A stretch of DNA of 64,000 nucleotides from Chrysomallon squamiferum (lineage: Eukaryota > Animalia > Mollusca). Positions within the stretch are counted from its first letter, which is position 1; each line of letters begins with the position of its first letter. The stretch covers positions 14,260,001 through 14,324,000 of the forward strand of contig CM022673.1 of the NCBI GenBank assembly GCA_012295275.1, in the 5' to 3' direction. Shown piece after piece: positions 1-15,500 of this stretch. The notes below the pieces were generated by a model. The model worked only from the letters and a program-made list of their open reading frames with translations, did not search any database and was not told where the DNA came from. Position numbers and translations under genes: made by a program.

Positions 1-729
1 TTGAGTCATCTTCAGTGTGACACAGAATTGACGCCTCCTCTTCTTCATCTTCACATTTTTTTAAAGTTATGTTATTTGCTATCCTGTTCATGGAAGGTGT
101 ACATTGTAATCACTTACTGCTAACTTACTCAAGAACAGTTACATTTGACATCAGTGTACAGCTAATATTAACATATGTGCTTATCATTAGTCATTTCACC
201 AATTTTTTAAACTAATGATGATCTTTTTATCTACTAATTAAATATTTTTGTTATTTGTGAACTTTCAGAAGTTAAATGAGCTTACTGATTTCTAAACTCG
301 TTAAGTAAAATTAATTCTAACACAAAGAAAACAAATTTTTATTTTAAAACCCTGCACGCACTTGTTCATACAATTGATCATTAACATCTAATCCTCCTTC
401 CATGCTGATTAAAATTTCACATTGTGCTAATAGTGCACAGATTAACATACACACAGACACACGGAGAGATGCAGACACTTTCACCAGACATACAAACATA
501 CACACACAGACACAACTATAAACAGATATACATGTAAAGAGACACACAGACACACACACACCCATACACACAACATAGACATACACTCTTACAAGCACAT
601 GAACACAAACATACAGAGAGAGAGAGAAAGAGAGAAATCAAGAAAGAAAGAGAGAGAGAGATGGACAGAGAGATAGACAGACAGACGGACAGAGAGACGG
701 ACAGTTAGAGAGAGAAAGAGAGAGAAAGA

Positions 730-774
<45 letters not shown>

Positions 775-1599
775 CATTAACTTTTCAAAGTCAGATCATT
801 AGCTGATTAACCACCCATTCATCCACTCAGACACACACACCCAGTGACACACCCACACACACACACCCAGCCAGTACATGTATCCCTAATTGGTAGATAC
901 AACTGTTACTTACTGCTGGTAAGAAAACTAGCTGACACTTTTAACTAATTCTCAGACCATCTGAAAAATATATATATTTTTTTTTTTTTTTTGATTTTCC
1001 AGAGTATGTACAACATTAACAGTGACAGCACATTATAAACATTTATTTTATAAATGTATTATTATTATTATTATTATTATTTCAGTTATTAATATTATTG
1101 TTGTTATTATTATTATTATTATTATTATTTCTTGGTTTTGTTTTTTGTATTTAAAAAGTAGAAAATTAAAAATATTATAAGCAGGAGAATGGATATAATA
1201 AATAAAAATTTACAAAAAGTTTTATTTGAGAGTGTAAGATACAACAATATCACTGTCTTGTAAGATAACTATTGTATTTTCTGTGGGTTTTTGGGGGGGT
1301 TTGTTTACTTTCTGTTTTATTTGGGGGGAGATTCAGCAACAGAAATTACTTTTTTTTTTTTGGTTTGTTGAAATTACACACACATAAACAGAGAATTGTG
1401 TAAGAAGCTCATAATTTACTTTTACTTTTATTCTGAGAAATAAACAGACTTTGTGGTGTGTGTTTTCACTGGGTGTTTGGTGTCAAGGTTACACTGTGAT
1501 GATGTGAGTTAGAAGATCAAATGACAGTCCACTATTTCTTGTGAGCCGAAAGTCCAAGTGTGTTTGTTTTCTTTCATTGTGTTTCTTCTTCTTCCACAG

Positions 1600-2884
1600 A
1601 GAAACAAACAGCTCATGGAGGGCGTGTTTACTCCTCTCAACTCTCTCCAGTGCATAGGTATGTTTACTTTTTATCTTTTCTTTAATGATACAATATTTTA
1701 TCATTGTTTTAATAATAGGTGTATGTGTTTTTTTATTAAAAACTGTAATAATACAGTGCATAGGTACGTTTTCTTTTTATCTTTTCTTTAATGATACAGT
1801 ATTTTATCATTGTTTTAATAATAGGTTATGTGTTTTTTTATTTAAAAAAATGTAATAATACAATGCATAGGTACATTTACTTTTTATCTTTTTTTTTAAT
1901 AATACAGTGTTTTATCATTGTTTTAATAATATACTGCATAGATATATGTGTTTTTTATAAAAAAAAATTAATAAAACAGTGCATAGGTATGTTAGTTCTT
2001 TATCATTGTTATAATAATACAGTGCATGTTCATTGTTTTTTCATTCTTTTAAATAAAACAATGCCTAGGTATGTGTTATATAATGTAAATTAATTATTAT
2101 CACATTTGTGATAGTATGTGTTATTTAATTTTTAGTATTATTTTTATAACACAGTGCACAGTTTGTGTTATTTCTTTATTGCTGTTTGATAATACTGTGT
2201 ATAGTACTTGTTATTTTTAATACTGTTTTAATAATAGACGGTATGTGTTCCTTGCCCTTACTGTAACATATAAAACATTTCACTATTGTTACTGTAAAGA
2301 CACATGACATAGCTACATGAATGTATTTATTACCTCTGCAATACTGACATATTTGTGTTTTATTATCATTCTTATAGAAATGTTTTCTTGTTAACATGCT
2401 TAACATCTGTGTCAGTTTTTTTACTTACACTGGTATAAAATTATGTTCAACTCAACAGTCCATTATAAGCATAATTTTCTTTTTCTTTTTCTCTTTCATT
2501 GTTACATTCAGTTCTCAATGTTGTGTAGACACTATTTTAAAAAAAATATCATTCTTTATAAAGAGTTTCTAAACTCACTATTCAGTTCTTTTGATATATA
2601 TTATTATTATTATTTTTTATAAAGAATTGTTATTTTCTTAACAGTTTTTTCATTTCAGTCTGTTGATAAATTTTGTGACATTGGTAGATAGCAGTGTCAT
2701 TTGTGTTGGGTGTCTTTAAGTTTTCATTCATTCAGTTATGAAAGTAATTTTTAAGTTCACTGATGAAAATAATTATCAATTCAAGAAGAGTGTTATACCG
2801 AGTAATCCTGTAATCCAGTAATCCCAGTTTATAAGTAGTATTCAGTGTTTACAGATCATTCTTCAAATACTAACTTTTTGTTGA

Positions 2885-2923
<39 letters not shown>

Positions 2924-5900
2924 TTTTAAATCTAAAACATTTTTGTTTATAATTAATTATATGCAAGAAGTATTTTCAGTAAAAATTTAAAATATATTTT
3001 TTTAATATTTAAATTTTAAACTGTTTCTAAATAATGAACTTTTTAACTGCTGTAAACTGTTTATAACATCAAATAGTACTCTGTTATATTTTTCTAATTA
3101 TAAATATAGAAGAAACAAATTTGACTCCCTCTACAAAAATGAACTCATTCACTGGAATTCAAATTATGTTTCCAACAGACCGAACATTAAGTTACAGAAA
3201 TTCACCTAAAGATTTAAAACATGTGACATCCTCTCACCACAGTGGCCTCATTAATTTTAAAACAGCTAATGAATTGTAGATGATGGTCTTTACAACATGA
3301 CACTCTCGCGATAATTCTTCTAATGCTCAGTGAAAAATGTAAAATGTGGTTTTAAAAAATATAACACATAGTTAAGAAAATGTCCTCCGGGGAAGTTACA
3401 GATGTAAGAGGTATTTAGTGAAGGTGGTTTTATAAAGTTAGTAGTGTTAAAACAAGATATTTAGTAAAGATGGTTTTAAAACATGTATCACATGGTTATA
3501 AAGGTAGTATTGTTAAAACAAGATATGTAGTGAAGATGTTATAAAACATATATCACCTGGTTACCAAGGTAGCAGTGCTGAAACAAGATATTTAGTGTAG
3601 TCACTGGATTTAAACTCTGATATTTATTTACTTTCTAGTATTAGTAAGATTTGTAAGATATGTGAGATATATGAAATACTGTCATATGTGAAATACTGTG
3701 AGATATATAAAATACTGTCATATACAAAATACTGTGAGATATGAAATACTGTGATATGTGAAATACAGTGAGATGTGTAAGATACTATGAGATATGTGAG
3801 ATGTGTAAATACTATGAGATATATTAAATACTGTGATATGTGAAATACTATGAGATATATGAAATACTTTGATGTTTGAAATACTGTGAGATATGTGAAA
3901 TACTATGAGATATGTGAAATACTGTGATATGTGAAATACTGTAAGATATGTGAGATATCTAAAATGTTCTGAAATACAGTGAGATGTGTAAGATATGAGA
4001 AATGTGAAATACTGTGATATGTGAAATACTGTAAAATATATGAAATACTGTGATATGTGATGTGTAAGATACCACGAGCTGATGTGAGATATGTGAGACT
4101 GATTGACAGTGATCATGTTAGCGTTCTCTGACAACCAACTGTCACTTCACCTAATCAACAGAAAAAAAAACAATCTTCATTTCTGATCTCAGCACAGCTT
4201 GCCTGTAAATAAATGTTTGTCTAACTCAGCCGCAGACTTTTACGTCAGAAACTCATCCTTGGCTAATGGATTGTGATAAACTGTTCACTGAGGTGGAGAG
4301 AAAATATTGATATGTTGATTTTTTTTTCACTTAAAGAAATTTCCTAGTCAGCAATGGTAAAGTGGACATTTAAATGCTTAATATAAAAAGTGTCGAAATG
4401 AAAGTTACAAAAGATTTTCTAAAATGTCAGATCTGTTAGCCTGTTACCTATTAAATATTTTTAAAAATCCAGTAATGTTAGTAGTTCTACAGTTACTATT
4501 CTATTACTCCCACTACAGCCACTGCTGATAATACTAATGTTCCTGCTATAACTACCTAAGATAATACTATTAGTATTGTTCCTACTACTACTATTACTCC
4601 TATTATTTCTACTAAATACTACTATTATTATACTGCTGCTACCAGTACTACTACTACTACTATTAAAATTGCTACAACTATTATTATTATTATTATTTTA
4701 AAAATTGCTACCACTGCTTATTATAATGATAATAATAAAAAGGAGAAGAATAAGAACAAGAAGAAAAAAAATGAAGAAGAATAAGAATAATAATTTGTAG
4801 CTAATGAGATTTTAATGAGGACTGCAATATAAAGATTGTCTGCCTGGATGTCTCTGGTGTGTGTGTCTGATTTGAAATCATGATATGTTATTTATGCTTT
4901 GTTACTTCTCATATTAGATTACAGTGTATAAGACAGAACAAAGTTCAGAGAGACTAAGATTTGTGATTTAATGAGTAGATATTACAGAGCAACATAAGCA
5001 AGTAACAGAGATGCAGGATCAAACCATTTTCAGTTTTGCAATCCAAAAGGACATGTACATCAATATATATTTTCAGATGGTTGTACAAGACCTTTGAGCT
5101 TTTTCCATTCCAAAACCACTTCCCCATAATTTGGTACATCGATTGCTTTCAATTTAGTTTCCTATTCACAGGAAGGTCTTTATAAAAGATTTATAACTTT
5201 TAACAGATTAAAATATTGTTTAAAAAATAGCCAGTTACCTCTTTAAACACATCTGTATATAAACAGGCATGTTTAACACACTGATATTGAAATGTTGTGA
5301 CTAAACATGTGTTAACTGTTTCACAGAGAACAAGAGAACAGCAGACATAAAGAGAGAGAGAAGCAAAACAAGCTCTACCTCCAGTGAACAGGATGATCTA
5401 CCAAACCCTGCTGCACCCATCACTGCCGTAAGTCATTCTTTCTGTATTTGTGTAATAACTGTAAGTCTTTCTGTTTGACTGAGTCATTTTTGCATATATT
5501 TTGTGTTGTACTGATAACATAAATATTTTTTAGTGCTACATTTATATTCCTGTCTTTTATTTTGCTGTGAATGTTTCTGTTCTGTTTAAATAGAAAAACA
5601 AAGTGATATAGAATAAGACAGTAATATGTAAACTATATGACACTCATATTGGATTCGGCAGCAACAAAGCCCTAAGATAGAAGGTGTGTAATATCTCCTA
5701 TTCAGTTATCTCACATCAATAATTCACAATTGACGAAATGCACAAGCATCAAAGCTAACTGTCCAATTCCAAAAACCATCAAATATTTACCAGCTTTCAA
5801 TGCCAATAATCTCTACAGTGCTGCGACAAATTGCTTCTGTGTTTCTTACTCTGTCACTCACTGTTCAGTTTAGTTAGGCTCCGATGTGCAGAGACTAGGT

Positions 5901-6054
5901 TTGAGTTTGCTTATAGTACAAATTTGTCTTCTTATTATTATTATTATTATTATTATTACTACTACTACTACTACTACAATTATTATTGTTATTGTTGTTA
6001 TTATTATTATTATTATTATTACTACTACTACTACTACTATAATTATTATTGTTA

Positions 6055-6088
<34 letters not shown>

Positions 6089-6274
6089 AACTACTACTAT
6101 TATTTTTTGTTTTCATTTATTACTGTTTTACTATAGTATTACATGTGTTGTTACTACTACTTTTACTACAACTACTACTGTACTGTGCCTGTTACCCTTC
6201 TTTTTAATACTGTTGTAACTACTGCTGTAATAAATACCATTATTATCATCATCTTCATCATCATCATCAGTAAA

Positions 6275-6319
<45 letters not shown>

Positions 6320-9300
6320 AATTGTTTTTTCTTTGGTCTATTCACATTCTAGTAAGTTATTGTTATTATCTTACATCGAGGAAACAGAAATCGTAAATGG
6401 TGAACATAATGTAAAAACTGAGCCAGACAGTGATATAAAGAAAAAACAATTTTCTGCTTGACTGATTCAGACTCCCTGTCACAAGTAAAAATCTGACATG
6501 TACTTTTGTAACTTGATTAGTCTGGTAAACATGTCTACATTAATTAGTTTCTACCTCCATCAAACCAGTATTAACTAAACATATTCATTTGTATTGTTCC
6601 ATTACTGTCTATACATTATATTAATCTAATAGTGTTCATGTATTTTATTAATCATCATTTTGTTAATGTAGTATATTATTTATATTTTATGCAGTGATCA
6701 TTCTAAATTAAATTATTTTTGCGATATAATCATTCATTGTGTTAATCAACTTTTATTCATAAATTATACAATACTTATTCAGAAATATTATACAGTCATT
6801 TATTAATAATAAATAATCATTGACAGGTTATTTTCAGGGACTATGAATTGAGTGTTATGATAATAAAGTTTTAACAATAAATGACACTTTATTCAGTTAA
6901 AGTCTGAATAAATTCCTTTGTTAATTTATTTAAGAGATAATTAGTAGACTATACTATTCTGTGTTCTACAGTTAATTTGTATAACTGATAATTGTGTTCT
7001 ATGTTCTGCAGGTTCTGTTAATTTGTATAGTTGATAACTGTATTGTTCTGTGTTCTACAGGTTTTGAGTTCATTTGTATAACTAATAACTGTATTGTTCT
7101 ATGTTCCACATATTCTATTGTATTGTTCTTTGTTCCACAGGTTCTGAGTTAATTTGTATAACTGATAATTGTCCTACATGTTTTGTCTGTGTTAGTTTGC
7201 ATAATGGATAATTATATTGTATCCTATGTTCCATGTATTATATTGTATTGTTCTATGTTCTATATGTTTTGTCTGTGTTAGTTTGTATAACTGATAATTT
7301 TATTGTATTCTATATTCCACATATTCTATTATATTGTTCTATGTTCTAAATGTTTTTTCTGTTAGTTTGTATAACTGATAACTATATTGTTCTGTGTTCC
7401 ACAAATTCTATTGTATTGTTCTATGTTCTTCATGTTTTGTCTGAATTAGTTTGTATAACTGATAACTATATTGTTCTGTGTTCCACATATATTCTATTGT
7501 ATTGTTCTATGTTCTACATGTTTTGTCTGAGTTAGTTTGTATAACTGATAACTATATTGTTCTGTGTTCCACGTATATTTTATTGTATTGTTCTGTGTTC
7601 TGCAGGTTCCGAGTGAGAAGTTATTGAAAGTAGGTCACATTCTACGTACTGTTTTACTGAGTCGAGCACCACACATGATACGAGACAGGAAGTATCATCT
7701 GAGGACGTATCGCAGGTGCATGGTTGGGTCAGAGATGGTCGACTGGCTCATGCAGCAGTCCCCCCTCGTACACACCCGAAACCAGGCTGTGGGGATGTGG
7801 CAGGGTCTCCTAGAGGAGGGAGTCGTAGTTCATGGTAAAGTATTATTTTAAATCCTAGATTACATTGATTTTATTGTGAGGAGTAAATCAATAAAGCTTT
7901 GACAAAGAAAGTTTTTCTCAAATTACTAAGTTGTCATTACCTGACAGAGATTTCCTGTAAGTCAGCAAGCTGTCAGATTATCTTCCTCACTTGTCAGTGT
8001 GTGACACAATGTCAGATATTGTAAAACATGGACTGATGTGACTAAACAGTCTGTATATTCTGTATAGTTCCAGGCAGTTACATTTGGCTTTGTTATCATA
8101 ATCTATCTGTTACTGGCTGAACTGTTCTCTCTCTCTCTGGCTTTTTATTTGTTTTTTGTTTACAATCTAGATATCTATTCTGGATTAAATAAAAAGTATA
8201 TACAGGTGGTGCCACAGCTAGACAGAGAAACAGAGACCCTTTTTTTCTTTTTTTTTTCTTACATGACAGATTGAGAAACCTATACTTTAATGTTTGTACA
8301 TTTATCAATATTTCAGTATCAACACAAATCAACTATTTGTATTATTTTCAGTTTGTCATCAACATCAGTTCAAAGACAAATATCTCTTCTATCGTTTCTC
8401 TGCCGATGATGAGGGTGTTGGGATGGCCCCGACAGCGACAGAGAGGAAGGAGTGTGATGAGATGTTGCAGGAAGCAATTACAACTCTAGCCAAGATCGGT
8501 CCAGACGCCATGATGAGAATGATCCTGCGAAAACCGTAAGTGTACTAAACACAGCACTTAAAATAGTAAACACAGCACTTAAAATACTAAACACAGCACT
8601 TAAAATACTAAACACAGCACTTAAAATACTAACACAAAACTTAAAATATAAACACAGCACTTAAAATACTAAACACAGAACTTAAAATACTAACACAAAA
8701 CTTAAAATATAAACACACACTTAAAATACTAAACATAGCACTTAAAATACTAAACACAGCATTTAAAATACTAACACAGAACTTAAAATAGTAAATACAG
8801 CACTTAAAATACAAAACACAGCACTAAAAATACTAAACACAGAACTTAAAATGCTAACACAAAGCTTAAAATATAAACACAGCACTTAAAATACTAAACA
8901 CAGCATTTAAAATACTAAACACAGCATTTAAAATACTAACACAGAACTTAAAATAGTAAACAGCACTTAAAATACAAAACACAGCACATAAAATACTAAA
9001 CACAGAACTTAAAATATTAACACAGCACTTAAAATACTAAACACAGAATTTAAAGTACTAAACACAAAACTTATTTTATAACTTAAAATACTAACACTAA
9101 ACTTAAAATACTAAACACAGAACTCAAAATATTAAACATAAAACTCATTTTATAACTCAGAATACTATACATGTACTAAATTTTTTATTTAAAATACTAA
9201 ACATAGTACTATTTTTATAATTTAAAATACTAAATTGACTTTACATGTCATTCTATGTGTCTCAAAAGAATCATGAAGATAGTTGGAGTATTAAAAATAG

Positions 9301-10328
9301 TACTGATTTCACATTTTACTCAGAAGTAAAACTTTTTTTTAACACGTTACAGTTAAGTTATTTTGTTTACTGTTTCACTGTTTCTGTTTCACTCTCAGGC
9401 CACACGAGAGGACAGCAGAAGACTTGGAGATTATTTATGAGGAACTTCTTCACATCAAAGCTCTGTCTCACCTCTCCACCATGGTGAAGAGAGAACTCGC
9501 TAGTGTCTTAGTGTTTGAATCTCACCCCAAAGCCGGAACTGTCTGTAAGTGAAACTTTTAGTTATAAACACTTTTCTTCTGTGTTGTCAATAGTTATCTC
9601 CCTTCTCTCTAAGTAAAACATTTATTTAAAAAAAATATTTCTTCTAAGTTGTCAATAGTTACCTCCCTTATAATTTGTTTCTTTTATGCAATATTTGTAG
9701 ACAATTGCCAATAGTTATCTCCCCTGTTACTTGTCTGGAAGGTAGTATTAAGTTGTATTTTTTATTATTTGTTTTTTTTTAAAACAACATTTGTACTAGG
9801 TTGTCGTTAATGATCTCCCTTGTTACTTCTCTGAAACTAGCATTAAGTTTTGTTTTTAAACATTTATCTACACTGTCAGTAGTTACCTCCCCCATTGCTT
9901 TCTGAAAATGGTCTTAAATTTTGCTTTTTATAATGTTTGAATGTTAGCTTTTGTACAACATATTTACTAGTTTACTTTTTACAGGAACTTGATGACTAGA
10001 AAGGTTTTAATTTTTTCTTTCTGTGGACACGAACACACATACCACAGACTTTGATAAACCAAGATATAATACACACTGTAATTCGGCAGACTTATTCATT
10101 TACTTCTTTTATTTTTTTTGTTTCCTTATTTATTTGTTTATTTTTTCAGTTATTTTATTTTATTTCATTTTGTCTTTCATGTGTTATTAGTTAATTATGT
10201 TTTCTTGTTTTCTTTCATTTTCCTGTTTCAGTGTTCAACCAGGGTGATGAAGGAAAGTCATGGTACATCATACTCAAAGGTTCTGTCAACGTTGTTATTT
10301 ATGGAAAAGTAAGTCATCACCTTTTTTA

Positions 10329-10373
<45 letters not shown>

Positions 10374-12159
10374 TACAGAATAAATATTGAATGTATTCAA
10401 CGTATCAAAGGACGAAGACACAATGGAAATCCTGAATATATGATATAAAAAAAGAGCATTTTAAGAAAACAGAGATAAAAAATATAAATATTTAACTGAT
10501 TAACAGGTTAGATTATTAAAAAAAAATTTTGCTGATGTCTGTTTTAACAGTGAAATATAGAACAAGTGTTTTTGAAAGAAACTGTAATTCTGCATAAGTT
10601 TTAGTATTTGGTTATAATGATGTTAATATTGATATATCCCAGTCATTGAGGTTTCTGTGGTTTTGTGTTGCTGTGTGTTATTGTTTTTATGATGATGTGT
10701 TTATATATTTGTTTTTCAAACTACAGGGAATTGTTTGTACTCTGAATGAAGGAGATGATTTTGGAAAACTTGCTCTTGTCAATGATGCTCCAAGGTAAAA
10801 ACATAAATACAAACTAAAAAATTAAGTTTATTAAAGTATTAAATATTGAACATGTTACATTAGAATTTTATATTAGAATGAAATCATTGGTTATGAATAA
10901 TACTGAAAACATTAAATGCATTTGTATTTCTGTCTTTCTTTTTACATTAGTTCATATTTTCATATAAATATTTCAAAACAAAAACAAATGATATCTCATA
11001 ATACAGTGGGTTTTAAACAGCAACTGAATTTTATGTTCAGTGAATTCTTAGTAGTCATTTTTTTTAGACATAACATATATAAGATAATATTTATTTCTGT
11101 CTGTGTGTGTATTTATTTTTCATTTAAAATAAAATGATGTTTGAAGTATCAAATCTAGTACAAATTAAAATTAAAATTATATTTAATGAATATTTTTATG
11201 ATGTGTTATTTTTCAGGGCAGCCACAATTATTCTCCAGGAAGACAATTGTCATTTTCTTCGAGTTGACAAAGATGACTTTAACAGAATTCTCAGAGTAAG
11301 ACATTTTAAATTCTAATTTAAAAAAACATTATTTAATAGTTTTGTAGATTGGTGAGCTGTTTTACATTGCAAAGTGTTTTTTTATTGTTTTTTGTTGTTA
11401 CTTTATACCTTTCAATTGAATTCATTAACACTCTAACACACTAACACACTAACATGTTTACGCTCCTTAAAACATAATGACATTACCAACAGGTTTTTTT
11501 TATATAACAATTTTTATAATACTTATGTATTTGTATTATGACGGTGTTTATAATAATGATGATTTTTATATAAAGACAGTTTCAGCATTAGTATGTGTAT
11601 TTTGTATTTGTACTAATGAGAGTCTGTGATGTTTGCAGGATGTGGAAGCAAACACTGTCAGGTTGAAGGAACATGGACAGAATGTTCTTGTGTTAGAGAA
11701 AATACCAACAAACATAAAGAACCAAGATGGAACAATCCATTCTCATTACAAGTTAGTTATAAAACTGATTTAAAATGATATTATAATAAAAGTCAAAAAT
11801 AATCAAAGATAAAAATAATCAAAAATAAATAAAACATTCATTTATTTATTCATTTATTTATGTATTTATTGTTTGATTGATTGATTGATTTATGTATATA
11901 TTTATTTACTTTAGTTATTCATTCATTCACCCATGTATGTATGTATCTATGTATTTATTTATTTATTTATGTATTTATGCATTTATTTGTTTTAGGTATT
12001 CTGTGATGGCAGGCACTGCTGAGAAGATGTTAGAACATTTACTAGAAACTAGGATGGATGGGAAGGGAGAGGAGCTTTCTTCAGGTAAACATCACCGTAT
12101 CTTAATTTTTAAATTTTCTTCTCGCTTTCTTAGAATTAAACCCACACACACTCACACCC

Positions 12160-12204
<45 letters not shown>

Positions 12205-13839
12205 GGCAATATAAATAGTTTTTGTAATAAGTAATATAAATGATCATTGTTTTGTTTCAGATCGGTTTCTAGAAGATTTTCTTCTTACACATGTAATCTA
12301 CATGCCAAGTGAGAGACTGTGTCGTGCCCTTGTCAACCAATATCCTTTAATTTAGATATTTATTTATGTGTGTGTATGTGTGTGTGTGTTACTTTGTCAA
12401 CCAATATCCTTTATTTTAGATATTTATTTATTTGTGTGGCATTGTCAACCAACATCCTTTGATTTAAATATTTTTTACATCAATCTGTGTTCATATTTAT
12501 ACGAGTATTTGTGCGTATGCATCACATAGTTGACCAATATTTTGTACTTGTATATATATATATATATATATATCTGTGTTTACTTTGGATGTGTTTGTGT
12601 GCATTAATTAAAACTTTGAAATAAAGTTCTTTAAAAAAATCAGTGAAAAATATAAAACTGTTGATAAAAACTAAAACAGAAAAAATAAATGTAAACAACA
12701 AGACAAATATTGAGATTTCTTTAACGAGCGAACCTATCACTCGGAGGCCACACTGGGCACTGACCAGGAGATAGCAGACTATATGTTGGCACACAAGAGG
12801 TCAATTGTCCAGTTTGTCTTAGCCTGGAACACCATCATTGGCGAAGTTTTTACCGATGATCCCGTCGTTGTGACGTTTGTGAAGGTAAATAACAAAACCA
12901 ATGTTGCAGGTCTTCATCAGATTTATCACTGAGATGACATTAACAGTCTAAATTGATTTCTTTAATTTCAGATTAAAACTGATTTTGAAAAATATAATTA
13001 GTATTAAAATATAAAAATTTCTAAACTGTTTTTAGTGAAGTCAGATGTATTTAAATATGAATAAAATGTACAAACTGTTTTGTACAGGATCTGTTGAAGA
13101 TATATTAAAATACATTTATAAAATATTAAATTGTTTTTTACAAGATCTAGTGAGGTATTAAAATACATTTATAAAATATTAAATTGTTTTTTACAAGATC
13201 TAGTGAAGTGAGATGTATTAAAATGCAGTTATAAAATAAAATTACATTTATAAAATTAGAAATTGTTTTTTTATAAAATTAAGATCTAGTGAAGAAAGAT
13301 GTATTAAAATACATTTATAAAATATTAAATTTAGTGAAGTGAGATGTAAATAAAATACATTTAAAAATTTAAATTTTTTTACAAGATCTAGTGAAGTGAG
13401 ATGTATTAAAATACATTTAAAAATATTAAATTGTTTCTATTTAAAATTTGTAAAATGTATTAAACTGTTTTGTTCAGGATCTGGTGAAGTCAGTGGAGGA
13501 GGACAGTGGAGTGTATCCAGTACTGAAAGATGATCTTGAATCACTGGAGGCCATTTTACAACTGAAAAACAAGTTAGTTGTCACCTTAGTTTAAAAATAT
13601 TTTATTTATATGTTTATACCCATTAGACACATTCAACCTCATTGTGTCTGTGTCCACATTCTATAAAAATCAAACACACATTATAGTATATTACAAATAC
13701 TAACATTTATTCTATAAAACTGGACTGTAATTAAATGAAGATAATTATTTCTACTTTATCATGTAATTCATTTTATTTGTTATTTATTTAGTTATTTATA
13801 TTTTTTGGTGTTTGTAATTTTAGTTAGCTATTCTTAAAT

Positions 13840-13888
<49 letters not shown>

Positions 13889-15360
13889 TCACAGTTCTCC
13901 AGTGTCTGACAGATCAACTAAGAGGAAAATCAGTGCTTCCCTCATTCTGAGTCGAAAAGCTTCCAAAGCGAATCTCCTAGAAAACGCCTGGAAAAAGAAA
14001 CCAATAAAAGGAACTGATGAAAGTAGGACATTTTTTTAACTTTCATCTATTTTTAACTCTCATTTTTACAAATTTCAATATATCCATAATATTTTTCTTC
14101 TTTGATAAAGGCCTCAGTATTTATTGGCAAATAAATAATTTAAAGTAATTATTAAGTGCTATAAATAAATGTAATCACATCTGTTTTAATTTAATGTGTA
14201 GCAGAGGGAGTCAAGGAGATAATTTTACTTCTTTTTTTTTTCTATATTGTTTTTAGCAATATTCAAGGTGTACTGTGCTGACCACACCTACAGTTCCCTG
14301 CGACTGCCGATGGACACAACTGTTGCTCAGATAATAGAACATGCTGGAGACAAACTCAATCTTGGTGATGACCTTGTTCTCTGTGAGGTCAAATCCATGG
14401 GAGGTAACTCTAATCATTCATTCTATGAAAATAATTGTATTTCATTAAATTTAAGTAGTTAAAGACATAATGGTGAACTCTAATGATTAATTCTCTGAAA
14501 ATAATTAATTATATTTCACTATGTCTTGTACAGTATAAATTTAAGTAAAGATATAATGATAAATTAGGTAATTAACTGAAATATTGTTGAATATTTCACT
14601 GATTTGTTAAACAAAATAATATTAAAAAAGCTTTTTAATATTGTGTAAAAAAAAAAAAAAAAAAAAAATTAAAATTAATTCATTAATAAAGATATTAATT
14701 ACAGTTTCTGTAAATTTTTGCATTATTTACCATAAAATATAACTGGCATGATAACTTAACAAGAAAACTTAACTGTGTATTTATAAATTGATAGTTTTAT
14801 TTTATTTTTATAACATTATTATCATTGTCTAATATCAATTATCAGGAGATCACAGACTCAATAAATTTGAAGTATTTACTAACTATGTACTTTTTTATAT
14901 TTTATTTTACTCATTATTATTATTAGTATTATTATTTTATTTTCAGAACGTGTTATTTTTAAAGAGACTGATCTTTGTGTTGTTACGAGACTCAGTCTGA
15001 ATGGACGTTTGTTCATCACACCTAGAGAACATATAGATGCTCTGGTACTTTGATCTTGTAATACTTTGTAAAACATAGTTACACACAGCTAATTATATGT
15101 AACATTGATACATTCATTTTAAAACTGTTTAACACAAACACATATACTATAAGAAAATATTTAAATGTTGTTATTATACATTGCTTCAAAAAGTTCTTTG
15201 AGTTCTGTCAATTTTAATAATGCCATTCACATGACAGCCAGAATTTTTGTTAAAGTAAATTAAACTGATAATCTAAATTATAACAGTCATATTACTTAGA
15301 CTGATTTATATATTAAATTAATTTCTATATCTCTACCACCTTCTCTTCTTTATATTATTA

Positions 15361-15408
<48 letters not shown>

Positions 15409-15456
15409 ACTATAATTATTATTATATTATTATTATATTGTTATATTATTACTATA

Positions 15457-15500
<44 letters not shown>

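Noticed and set aside
344-777. CV-rich ORFs, and similar ones at 5831-6218, 15438-15635, 22534-22823, 30368-30768, 34420-34724, 42018-42258, 50178-50478, 57435-57729
   Set aside because: Translations of (AC)n, (AG)n, (ATT)n and (TACA)n microsatellites, not genes. Only the 3' end of ORF 50264-50506 overlaps a real NFX1 exon.
3718-4134. 138-aa HIS/YFT-repeat ORF
   Set aside because: It is the reading of a 19-bp minisatellite, antisense within a RAPGEF4 intron, with no splice or start context.
8540-9235. Regular short repeats superficially like a CRISPR array
   Set aside because: Head-to-tail units without unique spacers, no cas genes, and a eukaryotic intron context.
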